Of a stretch of DNA of 64,000 bases, positions 19,286 to 27,432 are shown one piece after another. The notes beneath the pieces are model-generated. The model was not told where the DNA came from, made no database searches, and saw only the letters and a program-made list of their open reading frames with translations. Both the position numbers and the translations under genes were made by a program. Location: positions 19,003 to 83,002 of the forward strand of contig CAJXJR010000016.1 in the NCBI GenBank assembly GCA_913055155.1. Reading direction: 5' to 3'. Positions within the stretch are counted from its first letter, which is position 1, and the number at the start of each line of letters is the position of its first letter. The stretch comes from an uncultured Erythrobacter sp. (GTDB lineage: Bacteria; Pseudomonadota; Alphaproteobacteria; Sphingomonadales; Sphingomonadaceae).

Positions 19286-19597
19286 ATGCATCCGGATTTC
19301 CAGCCGTGCGTCTATCTGATGGCGTCAAAGCGAAATGGCACCCTTTATTGAGGCGTCACGTCACATCTCCTGCAGCGCATCGCCCAGCATCGTGATGGGA
19401 GCATCGTGGGGTTCACTTCTCGGCACGATGTGAAGATCCTTGTATGGTTCGAGCAGCACGCAACGATGTAATCCGCGATCCAGCGGGAAAAGCGGATCAA
19501 GAAGTGAAATCGCGCGTGGAAGCTGCGCCTGATCGAGGACGGCAATCCCGATTGGCGCGATCTTGCATGTGATTTCGGTTTCGAGGCGCTGCGCTGA
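19286..19597 (+). pseudogene. GIY-YIG nuclease family (COG2827-type) pseudogene with three in-frame stops
   Basis: The single frame reads MHPDFQPCVYLMASKRNGTLY*GVTSHLLQRIAQHRDGSIVGFTSRHDVKILVWFEQHATM*SAIQREKRIKK*NRAWKLRLIEDGNPDWRDL. The stops are TGA 19349, TAA 19469 and TGA 19505, and there is no frameshift. Confidence 0.85.
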
Positions 19598-19621
19598 CTG
19601 GATTGGCTTCGCTCGTCTACG

Positions 19622-19645
19622 ACTCCCCGCCTGCGCGGGAATGAC
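19622..19645 (-). repeat. Hairpin repeat, inverted right copy
   Basis: cccgcctgcgcgggaatgac (19626-19645) is the exact reverse complement of 19247-19266. Confidence 0.85.
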
Positions 19646-19655
19646 GGCCTAAAAA

Positions 19656-19939
19656 TGTCCGGGAGTGGGTGGGAAGCCGACGCCTCAATAGCCGTAGCGT
19701 TTCGGGCTCTCCAAGATTGTGTCCGCAGAGGAAGGGGCATCATCAACATCCACGTCCCTCAATAGCCGGATCATCTCCGCACGATTCCGTGCTCTCGCTG
19801 CGGAGTCAAAGGCGTCCATCAGACCAGCATCGAAGAGCCGCTCATTGACCGTCCTACCTGCGTATCTGCTTAGATTGCTCACGCCACCGTTGTGGCGATC
19901 TCCGCGAATGTCCGCAATCGGGTCGTTTGCGGACGTTCC
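19656..19939. other. Cassette-like insert X bounded by shared motifs (see 26187-26628)
   Basis: The left motif tgtccgggagtgggtgggaagccgac matches insert Y at 22/26 positions. The right motif gcgaatgtccgcaatcgggtcgtttgcggacgttcc matches at 28/36, including a 16-nt exact core. GC looks lower than the flanks. Confidence 0.45.
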
Positions 19940-19945
19940 CCTCAC
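19685..19945 (-). CDS. hypothetical small protein
   Basis: 86-aa ORF. The conserved-looking part is NERLFDAGLMDAFDSAARARNRAEMIRLLRDV. The N-terminal ~14 codons are read out of the boundary repeat, so the start may be GTG at 19882. Confidence 0.45.
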   Translation of the reverse strand: MRGTSANDPIADIRGDRHNGGVSNLSRYAGRTVNERLFDAGLMDAFDSAARARNRAEMIRLLRDVDVDDAPSSADTILESPKRYGY

Positions 19946-20027
19946 CCCGTAGCCGCCAGCTTCTCTGCCCGCCGGCGCTGCACACTTGGCCGATCCCGAT
20001 AGCCTCGCAGTCTTTCAACAGACCTCC

Positions 20028-20060
20028 GCGTCATTCCTGTCCCAGCTGCGAGGGAATGAA
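20028..20060 (+). repeat. Degenerate relative of the cgtcattcc...gggaatga hairpin repeat
   Basis: cgtcattcc (9 nt identical to 19246-19254) and ggaatga form a 7-bp stem (20031-20037 / 20053-20059). The element overlaps the stop codon and last codons of the DUF885 gene. Confidence 0.35.
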
Positions 20061-21818
20061 TTCCTCTCGCACTGCCTGGGCGATCAGGTCGAGCGGGATG
20101 ATGCCCTGGCTCAGCAGGAAGTCGTTGAACGCCATTTCGTCGAACCTCTCGCCCAGCGCCAGTTCGGTCTCGATGCGAAGATCGATCAGCTTGCGGTATC
20201 CGTAGTAGTAGGATCCGGCCTGGCCGGGCATGCGGAACTGGTAGCGGTCGAGCTCCTGCTTCGTCATGCCGGGCGAGAAGAGGGCTTCCTCGCGCAGCAC
20301 GCGCTCGGCCTCGTCGCGGGTCATCAGTCCCAGGTTCAGCGCCGGATCGAGGAAGGCGCGGGCGGCGCGCAACAGCCGGAACTGCAGCGCGATGAACTGG
20401 CCTTCGATCGGTTCGTGCGGCAGCATTTCGGCCTCGGCATACAGCGCCCAGCCTTCCACGTTCACGCTGTTGAAGGCGTACAGCATCCGCGCCAGGCTGA
20501 CGCCCTGTTCGACGAGGGCGGCGAACTGCATCTCGTGGCCGGGACGTGCCTCGTGCGCGCTCAGCGTCCAGCTGGCCGCCGGGAAATTGAAATCGTCATA
20601 GCGGTCTTCCGGCCCTGCGGTAGGATTGCCGACGGTCAGCACGAAGGTGCCCTGTTCGCCGGTATTGCCGATCAGGCGCGGCGGGCGCATGTGCGGTGCG
20701 GGCTGCGCTGCGCTTTCCGCCTGGGTGGCGACGCGCATCTGCAATTCGGTATCCGGCAGCGAGACGATATGGTTGCGGCGGATTTCCGCTTCCAGCTGGC
20801 GGTTCACGTCGCGGTAGAAGTCCTCGATCTCGTCATTGGGGACGGTCATCTGCTTCAGCCCGGCCATGACAGAGGCCGCGTCGGTTTCCTCCCAGCCGTA
20901 CTTTTCGGCGATCTGCGGGGCCAGTGCTTCCATCTGGGCGCGCAGTTCATAGAAGCCGCGACGCGCCTCGCTCATCAATGCGCGCGGGTCCTGGTCGATG
21001 CCGACCTGTTCGAGGTTGAGGGCGTAGAGCTCTTCGGGAAGGCGGGCGGTATCCCGGCTGGCTGGCAGGACGGTTGCCTCGGTCCATTCGCCGTATTCGG
21101 TCAGCTGCGCTTCCATCGCGTCCAGCGCTTCCTCGGCACCGTCGATTTCGTACCGCTCGAAAAGTTCGCGAATGCCGGCGATGAAGGTCGGGATGTTGCT
21201 GACCGACTCCGCGACTTCCACCCGGTAGGGGCCGATCTTGCTGTCGCCGCGGCTCGCCTCGAAGCGGGCCTTGGCCAGTTCGGTCATCGGTTCGGTGTCG
21301 GGCCAGGTGCCCGTGAATCGCTGCAGCAGTTCAAGCGCCTTCGGGCGGCGGTTCTCGGCGGTCTGGTCCGACAGCAGCTGGCCGGTCGCACCGAACATGC
21401 CCTGCGCTACCTGCGTGAACTCCAGCGTCAGCCGATTGCCAAGCTCGATCCCCCGGATGTCCTGCTGGAGAGAGTCGATCAGGATCTGCAGGTCCTGCCG
21501 CACGAAGGGGTTGCTCTCGTTCGCCTTGGCGGCTTCGAAATCGGCCACCAGGGCGCGGGCTGCCGCGATATACCTTTCGTCGCGGTCGAGCGACATGTCG
21601 TTGACCAGCCCGTCGTACTGTTCGTAGCCCATCGATGAGGCATTGGTCGGGAAGAAGCCGGCCTGCATCTCGATGACTCGCTCGGTATAGGCATTGCTGG
21701 TCTCCACCCATGCAGGCGTCGCCGGCGCCTGCGCTGCCTCTTGCGCGTGCAGGGGCACGGCGGGCAAGGTGATGGCAGATGCAGTGGCAAGTGCGATCGC
21801 TGCGGCAAAGGTCTTCAT
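20031..21818 (-). CDS. DUF885 domain-containing protein, secreted
   Basis: Signal peptide MKTFAAAIALATASAITLPAVPLHAQ and a DUF885-type HEARPGHEMQ motif. A paralog lies at 62910..>64000. Confidence 0.8.
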   Translation of the reverse strand: MKTFAAAIALATASAITLPAVPLHAQEAAQAPATPAWVETSNAYTERVIEMQAGFFPTNASSMGYEQYDGLVNDMSLDRDERYIAAARALVADFEAAKANESNPFVRQDLQILIDSLQQDIRGIELGNRLTLEFTQVAQGMFGATGQLLSDQTAENRRPKALELLQRFTGTWPDTEPMTELAKARFEASRGDSKIGPYRVEVAESVSNIPTFIAGIRELFERYEIDGAEEALDAMEAQLTEYGEWTEATVLPASRDTARLPEELYALNLEQVGIDQDPRALMSEARRGFYELRAQMEALAPQIAEKYGWEETDAASVMAGLKQMTVPNDEIEDFYRDVNRQLEAEIRRNHIVSLPDTELQMRVATQAESAAQPAPHMRPPRLIGNTGEQGTFVLTVGNPTAGPEDRYDDFNFPAASWTLSAHEARPGHEMQFAALVEQGVSLARMLYAFNSVNVEGWALYAEAEMLPHEPIEGQFIALQFRLLRAARAFLDPALNLGLMTRDEAERVLREEALFSPGMTKQELDRYQFRMPGQAGSYYYGYRKLIDLRIETELALGERFDEMAFNDFLLSQGIIPLDLIAQAVREEFIPSQLGQE

Positions 21819-21903
21819 GCGTCTCTCCGTTCCTGTTCGCTGACGTGGGTGGGCGCATCCGGTAACATTTGCAACCTCGCCGTCGGGAAGGCAGCCCTTT
21901 CCC

Positions 21904-23376
21904 TCACCCCATAGCCTGCAACTTCTTCGCCCGTCGCCGCTGCACGCTTGAACCGATCCCGATGGCCTCGCGGTACTTTGCCACTGTCCTTCGCGCCAAG
22001 TCGAAGCCTTCTGCTTTCAGCAGTTCCACCAGCTTGTCGTCGGAGAGGATCTTCTTCGGGTCTTCGGCGTCGGTCAGCGCCTTGATGCGGGCCTTCACTG
22101 CTTCGGCGCTGGCGCCTTCGCCGTCGGTTCCGCCGCCCCCAATCCGGCCAACGCCAGAGGTGAAGAAATACTTCAGCTCGAACGTGCCGCGTTCGCAATG
22201 CAGGAATTTGTTGCTGGTGACGCGCGATACCGTGCTCTCGTGCATCTCGATCGCCTCGGCCACGGCCTTCAGCGTCAGCGGGCGCAGTTCGCTCACGCCC
22301 TTGCGAAAGAAGCCTTCCTGCTGCTTCACGATCTCTGCGGCGACTTTCAGGATGGTCTTCTGCCGCTGGTCCAGCGCCTTTATCAGCCAGTTGGCATCGG
22401 CCAGCTTTTCCGAAAGCCAGCCCTTCGCCTCCTTCCCGGTGCAGCCTGCGCGCAGTTCCACGTAGTAGCTGCGGTTCACCACCAGCCGGGGCAGGGTGGC
22501 CTCGTTCAGCTGGATATCCCAGCCCTCGTTCCCTTCGGCATCGGTCACCGCTGCCAGCAGCACGTCGGGCACCACCGCGCCGCTGGCGGAGCCGCCGAAC
22601 TTGAGCCCCGGCTTGGGGTCGTAGCCGCGCAGTTCGGCCAGCATGTCGGCAATGTCCTCGTCGTCCGCGCCGCAGATGCGCTTGAGGTGCGCGAAGGCGC
22701 CCTTGGCCACCAGTTCGAGGTTGCCGAGCAGCACCTGCATGCACGGGTCGTAACGGTCCGCCTCTTTCGCTTGCAGCGCCAGGCATTCGGACAGCGAGCG
22801 CGCGCCAACGCCCGTGGGATCGAGCGATTGGACGACTTCCAGCGCCTGTTCCACGCGCGCCAGCGGCACGTCCAGGCTGATGGCGATCTCGCGCAGGTCG
22901 CCGGAAAGGTACCCCGCATCGTCCAGCAGGCCGATGATGTGACGGGCGATGAATTCGGTCACTGCGTCCGGCGCGGCCGCGCCGACCTGCGCCTCTAGGT
23001 GGTCTGCCAGCGAGAGGTCTTCGTCACTGCGGTTTTCCAGGTCCGGCCCTTCGGCAGCAGCACCCGCGCCGGAAATGTCGGCAGACCAGTCGCCGGTATC
23101 GCGATCGGTATCCAGCGCGGCGGGGTCGATATCGAGTGCTTCCTCGCCCGTGGCGGTGGCGTCGGCGATTTCCGGCTGGTCGCTTTCGGGCGGCGCGTCG
23201 CGGTCTTCGGCGCGTATTTCGCCTGCCTCGAGCAGCGGATTGCTCTCCAGCGCTTCGCCGATGAAGGTCTCGATTTCCAGGTTCGACAGCGCCAGCAGCT
23301 TGATCGCCTGCTGCAACTGCGGCGTCATCACCAGCGATTGCGATTGCCTGAGGTCTAGCCGTGGCCCCAGAGCCAT
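21904..23376 (-). CDS. rpoN: RNA polymerase sigma-54 factor
   Basis: Region I (LRQSQSLVMTPQLQQAIKLL) and an RpoN box (ARRTVAKYRE). Confidence 0.95.
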   Translation of the reverse strand: MALGPRLDLRQSQSLVMTPQLQQAIKLLALSNLEIETFIGEALESNPLLEAGEIRAEDRDAPPESDQPEIADATATGEEALDIDPAALDTDRDTGDWSADISGAGAAAEGPDLENRSDEDLSLADHLEAQVGAAAPDAVTEFIARHIIGLLDDAGYLSGDLREIAISLDVPLARVEQALEVVQSLDPTGVGARSLSECLALQAKEADRYDPCMQVLLGNLELVAKGAFAHLKRICGADDEDIADMLAELRGYDPKPGLKFGGSASGAVVPDVLLAAVTDAEGNEGWDIQLNEATLPRLVVNRSYYVELRAGCTGKEAKGWLSEKLADANWLIKALDQRQKTILKVAAEIVKQQEGFFRKGVSELRPLTLKAVAEAIEMHESTVSRVTSNKFLHCERGTFELKYFFTSGVGRIGGGGTDGEGASAEAVKARIKALTDAEDPKKILSDDKLVELLKAEGFDLARRTVAKYREAIGIGSSVQRRRAKKLQAMG

Positions 23377-23414
23377 ATCAGACCCCCCACCCGCAAATCA
23401 TTGTCGGCAAGGCA

Positions 23415-24230
23415 TCACAATTCGAAGTGCTCGCCCAGGTACAGGCGGCGCACGTTCTCGTCGGCCACCAGTTCCGCCGGGCTGCCGGCGAACAGCACCT
23501 GCCCGCCGTAGATGATGCAGGCGCGGTCGACGATATCCAGCGTTTCGCGAACATTGTGGTCGGTTATCAGCACGCCGATCCCGCGTCGCTTCAGGTCTTT
23601 CACCAAGTCGCGGATGTCGCTGATCGACAGCGGGTCGATCCCGGCAAAGGGTTCGTCCAGCAGCATGATCGAAGGTTTCGCGGCCAGCGCGCGGGCGATT
23701 TCGCAGCGGCGGCGTTCACCGCCCGACAGCGCCATGGCCGGGCTGTCGCGCAGGCGGGTGATGTGGAATTCCTCCAGCAGCCGCTCCAGTTCCTGCCGGC
23801 GGACCTCCTTGTCCGGCTCCACCATTTCCAGCACGCAGTTGATGTTCTGCTCTACCGTCATGCCGCGGAAAATGCTGGTTTCCTGCGGCAGGTAGCCAAG
23901 CCCCAGGATCGCGCGGCGATACATCGGCAGCTTCGTCACATCGACGCCGTCCATCAGGATGCGGCCGCTGTCGGGCTTCACCAGCCCCATGATGGAATAG
24001 AAGCAGGTGGTCTTGCCCGCGCCGTTCGGGCCCAGCAGGCCCAGCACCTCGCCCTTCGCCACGGTCAGCGAGATGTCGCTGAGGACAGCGCGCTTGTCAT
24101 AGCTCTTGGCGATGGAGACCACTTCCAGCCCGCCGCTTTCGGGCAGGTCGGGCGCGGCCCCCGCCGGCGCTTCCGCCATCGCTTCGGCCAGGGCCTTTTC
24201 GTCGAGGAATTCGTTGTCGAGCGCGCTCAT
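23415..24230 (-). CDS. lptB: LPS export ABC transporter ATP-binding protein
   Basis: Walker A GPNGAGKTT, signature LSGGERRR and Walker B IMLLDEPFAGIDP. The gene lies immediately upstream of rpoN, as is usual. Confidence 0.92.
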   Translation of the reverse strand: MSALDNEFLDEKALAEAMAEAPAGAAPDLPESGGLEVVSIAKSYDKRAVLSDISLTVAKGEVLGLLGPNGAGKTTCFYSIMGLVKPDSGRILMDGVDVTKLPMYRRAILGLGYLPQETSIFRGMTVEQNINCVLEMVEPDKEVRRQELERLLEEFHITRLRDSPAMALSGGERRRCEIARALAAKPSIMLLDEPFAGIDPLSISDIRDLVKDLKRRGIGVLITDHNVRETLDIVDRACIIYGGQVLFAGSPAELVADENVRRLYLGEHFEL

Positions 24231-24272
24231 GACCTGTCATCTAGCACGATTGCACCGGCTTTGAAGGGTGTT

Positions 24273-24288
24273 TGGCAAGATTCCTGCA
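24273..24288 (+). promoter_or_regulatory. Candidate sigma-54 (-24/-12) promoter
   Basis: TGGCAAGATTCCTGCA against the consensus TGGCACG-N4-TTGCW. GG (24274-75) and GC (24286-87) have the exact 12-nt offset. The site lies ~110 nt upstream of the 24399 ATG. Confidence 0.4.
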
Positions 24289-24398
24289 TGGCTATCCGCA
24301 GCAAATGACTGGCAAAGCTGAACACATGGTTGACGCCCTTGCCAGCGCGCCTGCGAAATGGAATAATTCGAATCGGGACTGGATGAGAGGAAAGCCTG

Positions 24399-24767
24399 AT
24401 GACCAAGGCACTCGAAAGCACACAGGCGCGCAGCGGGCACAAGCTCGATTGGCGTCGCAAGGTCAGCGACCACGTGGCCTTTGGCTTGCTGGTCTATACC
24501 GGCCTGCACATCTTCGTCACCATGACCCAGCTGAAAAGCTCCAGCGGTTCGGTGCTGCCCTATTTCGCGCTGATCGTGCTGGTGGCGGCGATCATCCCGG
24601 CCTGTCGCTGGTTCGAAGCGCGGTGGAGCGTACTGACCGACGATGAGGCCGCAGACCCGGCGCTGGCGCCGCAGTTCCGCCGCGAAGTGTCGCTGGTGTG
24701 GCTGGCCGCGCTTGGCCTGCCGGTGGCCCTGACTTTCGGCTTCAAGGCCGTCGCCGCGCTGTTCTGA
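24399..24767 (+). CDS. hypothetical membrane protein
   Basis: 122-aa ORF with SD GAGAGGAAAG, three hydrophobic helices and no recognised family. Confidence 0.6.
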   Translation: MTKALESTQARSGHKLDWRRKVSDHVAFGLLVYTGLHIFVTMTQLKSSSGSVLPYFALIVLVAAIIPACRWFEARWSVLTDDEAADPALAPQFRREVSLVWLAALGLPVALTFGFKAVAALF

Positions 24768-24772
24768 CCGCC

Positions 24773-26185
24773 ATGCTGCGCCTCGCCGCTGCCCTGCTGC
24801 TGGGCCTGGTGGCGACACCCCTGCTGACGGCTCCCCTTTTGACCACGCAGGCGCTCGCTACGCCGCTGCTTCCCGAAACCGTCCCGCAACAGGAACCGGC
24901 GCCGGCAACGCCCAGCGCGGGCTCTATCGAGCAGGAGCAGGATGCCGGCGAAGACGCGCGCATTGCTGCGCGGCTGACCGATATCTTCGCCAATGTCCCC
25001 AGCCTGACCGGCGTTGCCGTGCAGGTGAACCAGGGCGTCGTCACCCTGACCGGCACCGTGCCCGACGAGGCCGCCGTGGCCCGCGCCGAAGCCATCGCCA
25101 CCGGTGTGCAGGGCGTGGTGACGGTGGAGAATTCGGTCGAGCGCGACCTGTCGGTAGACATCGGCGAAGGGATCAGCGGGCTGGAGGAGCGCTGGGACAT
25201 GTTCGCCCGCATGCTGCCGCTTCTGGGCGCGGCGCTGCTGGTGGCGTTGCTGATCGCCGGCTTCGGCTACCTGCTCGCCTCCTTCACCGGACTGTGGCGG
25301 CGGGTGGCCACCAACGTCTTCCTTGCCGAACTGATCGCCAGCGCCCTGCGCTTCATCTTCGTGGTGTTCGGCATCGTGGTGGCGCTCGACATGCTGGGCG
25401 CGGGCGCATTGATGGGCGCGGTGCTGGGCGGCGCGGGCGTGGTCGGCATCGCCCTGGGCTTTGCCATGCGCGATACGGTGGAGAACTACGTCGCCTCGCT
25501 GATGCTGAGCGTGCGCCAGCCGTTCCGCGCCAACGATTACGTGGTGATCGACCAGCACGAAGGCCGCGTGATCCGCCTGACCAGCCGTGCCACCATCCTG
25601 ATGACGCTGGATGGCAACCACCTGCGCATTCCCAATTCCACCGTCTTCAAGGCGGTGATCCTGAACTACACCCGCAACCCGCAGCGCCGCTTCGATTTCC
25701 AGCTCGGCGTGGATGCCGACGACGACGTGGAGGCCGCACGCCAGCTGGGGCGCGAGACGCTGGCAGGCCTCGACTTCGTGCTGGCCGACCCGCCGCCCGA
25801 AGTGCGGATAGACCACGTGGGCGATTCCAACGTGGTGCTCACCTTCCTGGGCTGGATCGACCAGAACGAGGCCGATTGGTACAAGGCCCGCAGCCGCGCC
25901 ATCGCCACCAGCAAGCGCGCGCTGGAAGACGGCGGCTTCGCCTTGCCCGAACCGATCTATCGCCTGCGCTTCGACCAGCGCACCGTGCCGCTGCCGTTCG
26001 AGAATGTGGGCGAGGGGCGCGCCGCGCCGCAGCCGCCTGCTCCGCCGCCAAGGCCCGCGCCGCCACCGCCGACAAGCGAGGATGTCGCCCCCGAGGACGA
26101 GATCGCCCGCATGGTGGAAGAAGAACGCGCCGGCGCACCGGGGCAGGAAAAGGATCTGCTCGATTCCGGCAGGCCGGTGGAGTGA
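24773..26185 (+). CDS. mechanosensitive ion channel family protein with N-terminal signal peptide and BON-like domain
   Basis: Signal sequence MLRLAAALLLGLVATPLL and a BON-like segment (VAVQVNQGVVTLTGTVPDEAAVARAEAIATGVQGVVTVEN). These are followed by TM helices, an MscS beta-domain and a Pro-rich tail. ATG at 24773. Confidence 0.8.
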   Translation: MLRLAAALLLGLVATPLLTAPLLTTQALATPLLPETVPQQEPAPATPSAGSIEQEQDAGEDARIAARLTDIFANVPSLTGVAVQVNQGVVTLTGTVPDEAAVARAEAIATGVQGVVTVENSVERDLSVDIGEGISGLEERWDMFARMLPLLGAALLVALLIAGFGYLLASFTGLWRRVATNVFLAELIASALRFIFVVFGIVVALDMLGAGALMGAVLGGAGVVGIALGFAMRDTVENYVASLMLSVRQPFRANDYVVIDQHEGRVIRLTSRATILMTLDGNHLRIPNSTVFKAVILNYTRNPQRRFDFQLGVDADDDVEAARQLGRETLAGLDFVLADPPPEVRIDHVGDSNVVLTFLGWIDQNEADWYKARSRAIATSKRALEDGGFALPEPIYRLRFDQRTVPLPFENVGEGRAAPQPPAPPPRPAPPPPTSEDVAPEDEIARMVEEERAGAPGQEKDLLDSGRPVE

Positions 26186-26186
26186 C

Positions 26187-26628
26187 TGTCTGGAATTGGG
26201 TGGGAAGCGGACTTTGCTGCACGCTCTTGGGAAATTGGCCGCTACCTCGATCAACGCCGCAGCCATGGGCTCAGGAATATGTATGTGGTCGATGGCTTAG
26301 GGCCAGCCATGCTTCCAATCGCCCAAAATTTTCGCGACGCATTCATCGCAACCCAAGATAGCGACCATGAAGGCCAACAAGCCAAACGTGAGAACCGGCA
26401 ACCCTAGTATCAACACCCACAATTTTCGGCGATACTTACGAACACCAAGACCGCACCGAAGGCAATAATCGGAAGCGATAGCAAAGTGAGAAGCGGCCTT
26501 TTCCATCTTCTTTGAGGCCTTTGCACTCCATGGCAGATGACGTTTACGACCGGGTGCATTCGACACTTCATATTTCGAGTATGGCGAATGGCGTGAAGGT
26601 CCGCAATCGGGTCGCAAACGGACATGCC
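26187..26628. other. Cassette-like insert Y bounded by the same motifs as 19656-19939
   Basis: The left motif tgtctggaattgggtgggaagcggac starts 2 nt after the MscS stop. The right motif is gtgaaggtccgcaatcgggtcgcaaacggacatgcc. The interior is visibly AT-richer, roughly 50% GC by hand count. Confidence 0.45.
26297..26506 (-). CDS. hypothetical small membrane protein (weak call)
   Basis: 69-aa version (MEKAASHF...) of track ORF 26297..26617, with one TM helix flanked by CxxC pairs (CLRC, CDEC). It overlaps a second TM-encoding frame (26410..26625). Confidence 0.3.
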   Translation of the reverse strand: MEKAASHFAIASDYCLRCGLGVRKYRRKLWVLILGLPVLTFGLLAFMVAILGCDECVAKILGDWKHGWP

Positions 26629-26638
26629 GATATTGCGC

Positions 26639-26671
26639 CAGCGGCTCCCGGACCTGATCCGGGAGCCGCTG
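26639..26671. terminator. Perfect 13-bp GC-rich hairpin downstream of ppa
   Basis: CAGCGGCTCCCGG-acctgat-CCGGGAGCCGCTG, followed on the + strand by CTTGTTTC. There is no clean U-tract on the ppa (-) side. Confidence 0.4.
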
Positions 26672-26727
26672 CTTGTTTCATACTGCGCGAAAGCGAATCG
26701 GACTCCGGCTCGGAAACCTGAAGCGCC

Positions 26728-27264
26728 TCAGCCCTTGTCCGCCTGGTACCGCTCGATCGCCTCGAGCACGATCTGCCGCGCTTCGGCAGCATCGCCCCAG
26801 GCGCCGATGCGGACCCACTTCTCGGTCTCAAGGTCCTTGTAGTGGGTGAAGAAGTGCTCGATCTGCTGGAAGATGATCGAGGGCAGGTCCTTCGTCTCGC
26901 CCACGTCGGAGTAATAGGGGAAGGTGGTGTCCACCGGCACGCAGATCAGCTTCTCGTCGCCGCCGTGCTCGTCTTCCAGGTTCAGCACGCCGATCGGGCG
27001 GGCGCGTACCACGCAGCCGGCGATGAACGGCGAGCGGGCGATCACCAGCGCATCCAGCGGGTCGCCATCGGGGCTGAGCGTGTGCGGCACGAAGCCGTAG
27101 TTCGCCGGGTAACGCATCGGCGTATGCAGGATGCGGTCGACGAACAGCGCGCCGCTGGCCTTGTCGAATTCATACTTCACCGGTTCGCCGCCGGTGGGCA
27201 CTTCGATGATGACGTTCAGGCTCTCGGGCGGGTTATCGCCGACCGGGATATGTTCGATACGCAT
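26728..27264 (-). CDS. ppa: inorganic diphosphatase
   Basis: 178-aa family I PPase (NVIIEVPTGGEPVKYEFDK...DGDPLDALV). Confidence 0.95.
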   Translation of the reverse strand: MRIEHIPVGDNPPESLNVIIEVPTGGEPVKYEFDKASGALFVDRILHTPMRYPANYGFVPHTLSPDGDPLDALVIARSPFIAGCVVRARPIGVLNLEDEHGGDEKLICVPVDTTFPYYSDVGETKDLPSIIFQQIEHFFTHYKDLETEKWVRIGAWGDAAEARQIVLEAIERYQADKG

Positions 27265-27432
27265 GGATGCTCAGGTCCTCTAGCGGGTTGAAACTGCATC
27301 CCCTCCCAAAACTCGGGCGAGCGCCTAGCCCAGCACGGCGCGCTTGCCCAGCCCCGATTGTCTTTGCCGGCGAAAAGGCGCATTATTTGCGGACAAAATC
27401 AACAAGAGTCGTTTTGGAGAGGAGAGCGGGAC

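Noticed and set aside
19656-26628. Interpreting the two motif-bounded inserts as integron gene cassettes
   Set aside because: There is no intI-like gene and no attI. The boundary motifs do not show the RYYYAAC/GTTRRRY attC core arrangement, and the two inserts are 6 kb apart with core genes between them.
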